A stretch of 64,000 nucleotides of DNA from Gammaproteobacteria bacterium (GTDB lineage Bacteria; Pseudomonadota; Gammaproteobacteria; Eutrophobiales; Eutrophobiaceae): positions 96,001 through 160,000 of the forward strand of contig CAXMWX010000001.1 of NCBI GenBank assembly GCA_963422205.2. The letters run 5' to 3'. The position numbers and the translations under genes were made by a program. The notes beneath the pieces are model-generated. The model did no database searches, was not told where the DNA came from, and saw nothing but the letters and a program-made list of their open reading frames with translations. Positions 59,386-64,000 of this stretch are shown here, piece by piece (within the stretch, counting starts at the first letter, position 1; every line of letters begins with the position of its first letter).

Positions 59386-61887
59386 CTAGAAGCTGTAACC
59401 CGCTTCCACACCGAAGGTTTGCGGGGCACCCAGAACACAACGTTGCAGCCCACCCCCCGTTGCCGGGTCGATCAGCCCCAGGGTGATGCCGATCGGCTGG
59501 TTAAAGATGGTCTGGCAATAGCCTTTGTCAAACGCATTTTTGATGAAAAAGGCCAGCTCCCACTGCTGGCGTCCCACCCCGCGCAAGCCGAGTTTGGCGT
59601 TCATCAGTGAATAAGCGCCTTGCCGGGATTGCGGGTTTTGATTAGTTTCGGCGCCCACATTCTGCTCGCCCACATGCTGGAATTCACCGCGCATAAACCA
59701 GCCCAGTCGGGTATTGGGCAGGGCGGCAGCATAATCGGCGACCAGCGATAGCTGCCACTTGGGCGAGAAATGATTGCGCTCGCCAGCGAGGTTCAGCGTG
59801 GCCGTGTTATCGGCGGCGATCTGCGCTGGCAGGGCGGTTGCATTGGCAAACGAATCAAATTCCGAATCCAGATAGCTGGCGCCCAGCATCACATACAGCG
59901 GCTCGATGGGGTTGGCGATGAGGTCCAGCTCCACGCCCTGCTGGATCAGCTTGCCGGCGTTTTGCACAAAGAAATTGATACCATCGAACTGGCGGTCTTG
60001 AAAGTCCGCTATTTCGGTGCGGAACAAGGTCACATTGGCGATCAGGCGATTATCCAGCCAGCCGCTTTTAACGCCGATTTCGTAGTTATACACCGTCTCG
60101 GAATTGAACACCCGCGAGACATTACGTGCATCGCCAGCCGAGTTAAACCCATCGGCATTAAAGCCGCCCGATTTGAAGCCGGTGGAGGCCGTGGCGAACA
60201 GCATCACATCAGCGGTCGGGTAGTAGCTTATATTCGCCAGCCAGGTCAGCTCGGTATCGTTAAAGGCCAGCGGCTCCAGCGGATCGTTGATGCGAAAGTC
60301 CAGCCCCGGCAGCCCGCCAGGCACTGTCGGCAGCACGCCGGGCGGTATGGCAAACGGTGCCAGCGAGGGATTATTCACGGTTTGGGCGAAGCTGCCCGAC
60401 TTCTCATCACGCGTTAAGCGCAGGCCGCCAGTGAGGCGCAGCTGCTCGTTCAGCTTGAAGGTGGCCTGGCCGAAGGCGGCATAGCTGGTGACAGCCTGTT
60501 CAAAGTCAGAGACCACGCCGCCAGTGAGCGGTGCACGGTTACAGACCCCGGCCAGCCCGCCGGCCGCTCCCAGACCCGTGGCTGCCGCTTCTCTCGCTGA
60601 CCTGCCCGCTCTTTGCAACAGGGTAAATGCGCGCAGAAAGGCCGCGTTGCTGGCCGCCTGACAGAAATCCACGCCCAAATCAAAGCGTTGATCAATGTCG
60701 TAGTCTTCCTGGTAGTAATACAGCCCGGCCACGTATTCCAGCCGCCCGCCCGCCGGGGAGATCAACTGGAGTTCCTGCGAGAAGGTATCCACCCTGTAAT
60801 CGGTTACCCGATTGAGCAGATCGGCCGGCAGACGCAGGGCAGATTCGAAGGTGGCGTTCTTCCAGCGGCGCAGGCTGGTGATGGAGCGGATGTCATGCCC
60901 GGCCACAGTCCAGGTCCAGTCCAGCGCCAGGCCCGCCTGCTGGTCGGTGGCATCATCACGGTGATCCTGATTTAAGTCATAGCTGAAGGTATTATCGGTC
61001 ACCGGCAGCGGCCCGTTAGGGCCGGGCGGGCTCATGCCCGGCACGGCATTCGGATCCAGCGCCCGTTGCAGGATGCCCGGGTAGCTGGCGGCGATGGTAT
61101 CGGCGATGACTGAGATCGGGCCGCCCTCGTTGTTAATCTCTGCATAATCGACGGCCAGGTTGATTTCCAGGTTGCTGGTCGGGGTAAAATACAACTTGCC
61201 GCGCACGCTCACATCCTCATAATCGCCCACCTCGCGGCGGCTGTCGTTGCTGGTGAAGGTATTATCGGCATAGCCATCCCGCCCGGCATATTGAAAGGCC
61301 AGACGCCCGGCCGCGGCGGCGGAGAAAGCACCACTCACCGAACCGGCCACCGAGCGGCTGTCGAAATTGCCGTATCTGGCTTTTATGCTGCCTTCGAAGT
61401 CATCAGCGGGTTGCTTCGTTCGAATGTTCAGGGCGCCGGTGGAAGCATTACGGCCAAACAAGGTGCCCTGCGGGCCGCGCAGGACCTCAACCTGGGCGAT
61501 ATCGGTCAGGTTGCCGATCACCGAGGAGGGCCGCGGGTAGTATACGCCATCGATAAACACCGCCACCGAAGGCTCGATTGCGCTGTTGCCCACCGAGCCA
61601 ACGCCGCGCAGGATGATGCGGTTGTTCGCCAGTTGGCTGGATTTGCTTAAAGTCAGGTTAGGCGTGTAGTAGCCGAGGCTTTGCAAATCATCAGCACCGG
61701 AGGACTCCAGAAAATCGCCGGAGAAGGTGGAGATGGAGATAGGCACATCTTGTGCATTTTGCGCCCTTTTTTGCGCCGTGACGATGATCTCTTCGATCTG
61801 TGCCTGTACCGTTGCACACGATAAAAATGTCAGGAGGGCGCACAGGCCGGTCAGGTGTTTGTTGAGGTGATAAGTGGTCTGTTGCAT
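59386..61887 (-). CDS. TonB-dependent outer-membrane receptor
   Basis: Signal peptide, TonB box IEEIIVTAQKR, plug motif VEVLRGPQGTLFGRNA, TGFKSGGFN and C-terminal GVEAGYSF. Confidence 0.95.
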   Translation of the reverse strand: MQQTTYHLNKHLTGLCALLTFLSCATVQAQIEEIIVTAQKRAQNAQDVPISISTFSGDFLESSGADDLQSLGYYTPNLTLSKSSQLANNRIILRGVGSVGNSAIEPSVAVFIDGVYYPRPSSVIGNLTDIAQVEVLRGPQGTLFGRNASTGALNIRTKQPADDFEGSIKARYGNFDSRSVAGSVSGAFSAAAAGRLAFQYAGRDGYADNTFTSNDSRREVGDYEDVSVRGKLYFTPTSNLEINLAVDYAEINNEGGPISVIADTIAASYPGILQRALDPNAVPGMSPPGPNGPLPVTDNTFSYDLNQDHRDDATDQQAGLALDWTWTVAGHDIRSITSLRRWKNATFESALRLPADLLNRVTDYRVDTFSQELQLISPAGGRLEYVAGLYYYQEDYDIDQRFDLGVDFCQAASNAAFLRAFTLLQRAGRSAREAAATGLGAAGGLAGVCNRAPLTGGVVSDFEQAVTSYAAFGQATFKLNEQLRLTGGLRLTRDEKSGSFAQTVNNPSLAPFAIPPGVLPTVPGGLPGLDFRINDPLEPLAFNDTELTWLANISYYPTADVMLFATASTGFKSGGFNADGFNSAGDARNVSRVFNSETVYNYEIGVKSGWLDNRLIANVTLFRTEIADFQDRQFDGINFFVQNAGKLIQQGVELDLIANPIEPLYVMLGASYLDSEFDSFANATALPAQIAADNTATLNLAGERNHFSPKWQLSLVADYAAALPNTRLGWFMRGEFQHVGEQNVGAETNQNPQSRQGAYSLMNAKLGLRGVGRQQWELAFFIKNAFDKGYCQTIFNQPIGITLGLIDPATGGGLQRCVLGAPQTFGVEAGYSF

Positions 61888-62062
61888 CGGAATTTCTCCA
61901 TACGGCGTGTCTTTTGGTGTTAATTTACAACACTTTTGTTCGAGTGTTGACTATGGTACACAGTTTAGCGAAATATCACGCCTTATCCAATGAAATAATC
62001 GCCAATGAAATCATCATGATCACGATAAGACAAACACGACACGGCCCTGGCATATAACGGCG

Positions 62063-63508
62063 ATGGACGGGATAACCATCGTCTGGTTTAGACATGATTT
62101 ACGCCTGGCGGACAATCCCGCCTTGCAGTTTGCCTGTGCTGGCGGGCGGTCTGTCCTGCCGGTGTACGTATTGTGTCGGGGGGCGGACCCCGCCTGGCCT
62201 GTGGGCGGTGCTGGCCGGGTGTGGCTGCATCATTCCCTGGCGGCATTGGCCGAGGCGCTCATGCAGGCCGGCGCCCGCCTGATCATTCGGGAAGGCGAGC
62301 CGGGCAAGGTATTGCAGCAGCTTGTGGATGAGACAGGGGCTACCCAAATCGCCTGGAACCGGCTGTATGAGCCGGCCATCATCCAGCGTGATACGGCCAT
62401 CAAGGCCCGGCTGGAGCAGCAGGGGCTAACCGTCAAGACCTTCAATGCCAGCGTGTTGTGTGAGCCATTTGCTATTCATAACAAACAGGGGCAGCCGTTT
62501 AAGGTGTTCACGCCGTTCTGGCGGCATTGCCAGAGGTTGGAACCGGTAGCGGCACCTCTGCCGAGAGTGAAGCAGATTCGACCGCCGGCAATACCCATCA
62601 ACACCTTGACATTAACCGAACTCAAGCTGCTGCCTGTCAGCGGCTGGCACGGCAGCATCATGACCCACTGGCAGCCCGGATGTGAGCAGGCAGAGAGGCA
62701 GTTGCAGCGGTTTTTGGGCAGCGACGCCCTGGCGGCTTATCTTGACAATCGGGACTTCCCGGGCCTGGCGGGTGTATCGAAGCTATCCCCTTATCTGCAC
62801 TTCGGTGAGATCAGCTCAAGGCAGGTCTGGCACGGTGTTCACCAGCAGGCACGGGCAACCGGGCAACTCTCACCATCGAAACAGGCCGCAGGCTATATTC
62901 GCCAGCTATACTGGCGTGAGTTTGCCCACCATCTGCTCTATCACTTCCCCGATACGCCCGCCCACCCCTTGAATGTGCAGTATCGCCGCTTCCCGTGGCG
63001 TGATGATCCATGCCAGTTGCGCGCCTGGCAACAGGGCCGTACCGGCTACCCGCTGGTCGATGCCGGTATGCGCCAGTTGTGGCACAGCGGCTGGATGCAC
63101 AACCGGGTGCGTATGGTGGTCGGCTCGTTTCTGGTGAAAGACCTGCTGCTGCCCTGGCAGGTGGGGGCGGCCTGGTTCTGGGATACGCTGGTCGATGCGG
63201 ATCTGGCCAATAACACGCTGGGCTGGCAATGGGTGGCTGGCTGTGGTGCCGATGCAGCGCCGTACTTTCGCATATTCAACCCCGTCCTGCAGTCGCAAAA
63301 ATTTGACGCCGATGGCACTTACATCAGAACCTGGCTGCCAGAGCTGGCGCATCTGGATGCCCGCCATATCCATGCGCCCTGGCAGGCCGATTCCTCTACC
63401 CTGGCACGGGCGGGCATTACACTGGGCGAGGATTACCCGCCGCCGCTGGTCGATCATGCACATGCCCGGCAGGCGGCACTGGCCGCCCTGGCGAGCATCA
63501 AAACGTGA
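62063..63508 (+). CDS. phrB: CPD photolyase / cryptochrome-family protein
   Basis: WFRHDLRLADNPAL, SKLSPYLHFGEIS, WREF, TGYPLVDAGMRQL, WMHNRVRM, DADLANN, YFRIFNP. Confidence 0.93.
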   Translation: MDGITIVWFRHDLRLADNPALQFACAGGRSVLPVYVLCRGADPAWPVGGAGRVWLHHSLAALAEALMQAGARLIIREGEPGKVLQQLVDETGATQIAWNRLYEPAIIQRDTAIKARLEQQGLTVKTFNASVLCEPFAIHNKQGQPFKVFTPFWRHCQRLEPVAAPLPRVKQIRPPAIPINTLTLTELKLLPVSGWHGSIMTHWQPGCEQAERQLQRFLGSDALAAYLDNRDFPGLAGVSKLSPYLHFGEISSRQVWHGVHQQARATGQLSPSKQAAGYIRQLYWREFAHHLLYHFPDTPAHPLNVQYRRFPWRDDPCQLRAWQQGRTGYPLVDAGMRQLWHSGWMHNRVRMVVGSFLVKDLLLPWQVGAAWFWDTLVDADLANNTLGWQWVAGCGADAAPYFRIFNPVLQSQKFDADGTYIRTWLPELAHLDARHIHAPWQADSSTLARAGITLGEDYPPPLVDHAHARQAALAALASIKT

Positions 63509-64000
63509 AGCCTTGAAGGGGAATGCCGCCCCCCGGCTGATTGCAGCCGCCGGGTCCTGAACATGGCCCCTAAGCATGGCCTTGGGCATGGCCCCGGTGC
63601 CCACTCACAGCCGCTCCCATCAGCATCGCCGGCGTAAAGCCAAGCCGTGATCCTCATCCGTGGCGTGACATGCCAGCCCATCATCGTCGCTGGTTAGCCG
63701 TTGCCTTTGAGGCAATTTGCAGAAACCATGATGCCGGGGCAGGCGAGGCAGGCCGGCTTTTATCAGCACATCGGGCCCCGGCACATGAGAAAATGGAATT
63801 AATTGTTTACCCCCGGGCATGTGCCGGTAAAATGACGCTGTTTCCATAGTACCTGTCATCAATGCTGGATATGGCAAGTTCCCCGGCCGAGCGATGCCTT
63901 AAAGTGACGCCGGGGCAGCCAGGCTGGATAAAGCCATGCTGGTGACAGTCATCCTGAGGGCCGTAGTTGCGGCCGGACACCTAACCACAGAGTTTACGTT

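Noticed and set aside
63509-64000. Short ORFs and a catggcc triplet (63562, 63575, 63587) after phrB
   Set aside because: No recognisable protein or RNA motif; repeat spacing is irregular and far too short for CRISPR; context is cut by the window edge.

Overview
This 64 kb window comes from a GC-rich gammaproteobacterial chromosome and is mostly core genes. From left to right: the 5' part of purL; an orphan short secretin-like gene, a hypothetical gene, purB and tas; pyrC-rnt; gyrA-serC-pheA-tyrA-aroA-cmk-rpsA-ihfB-lapA-lapB-pyrF-mfd-csiV; a DUF815 AAA ATPase; glyA-nrdR-ribD-nusB-thiL; fumarase-acnA-mnmA-nudJ-yhdP-rng; pgi; a TonB-dependent receptor; and a photolyase. There are three accessory elements. 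(1) A low-GC AvaI/BsoBI-type restriction-modification pair at about 32.0-34.4 kb, whose nuclease appears to carry a 7-residue in-frame deletion beside the active site. (2) A lipid locus at 46.2-56.1 kb in which hopanoid tailoring and transport genes (hpnH, hpnB, hpnM, mlaA) and dxs abut a phosphonate biosynthesis operon (cytidylyltransferase, PEP mutase-nucleotidyltransferase fusion, phosphonopyruvate decarboxylase) with no aminoethylphosphonate transaminase. This is the best candidate for an undescribed system, possibly a phosphono-hopanoid or phosphonolipid pathway. (3) A Hanks-type kinase fused to a cyclic-nucleotide-binding domain. The window also shows repeated short in-frame tandem duplications (12, 15 and 24 bp), and several canonical operons lack their usual members. 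I saw no rRNA, tRNA, CRISPR array, transposase or integrase. All calls come from reading motifs and from recalled family knowledge; no searches were run.
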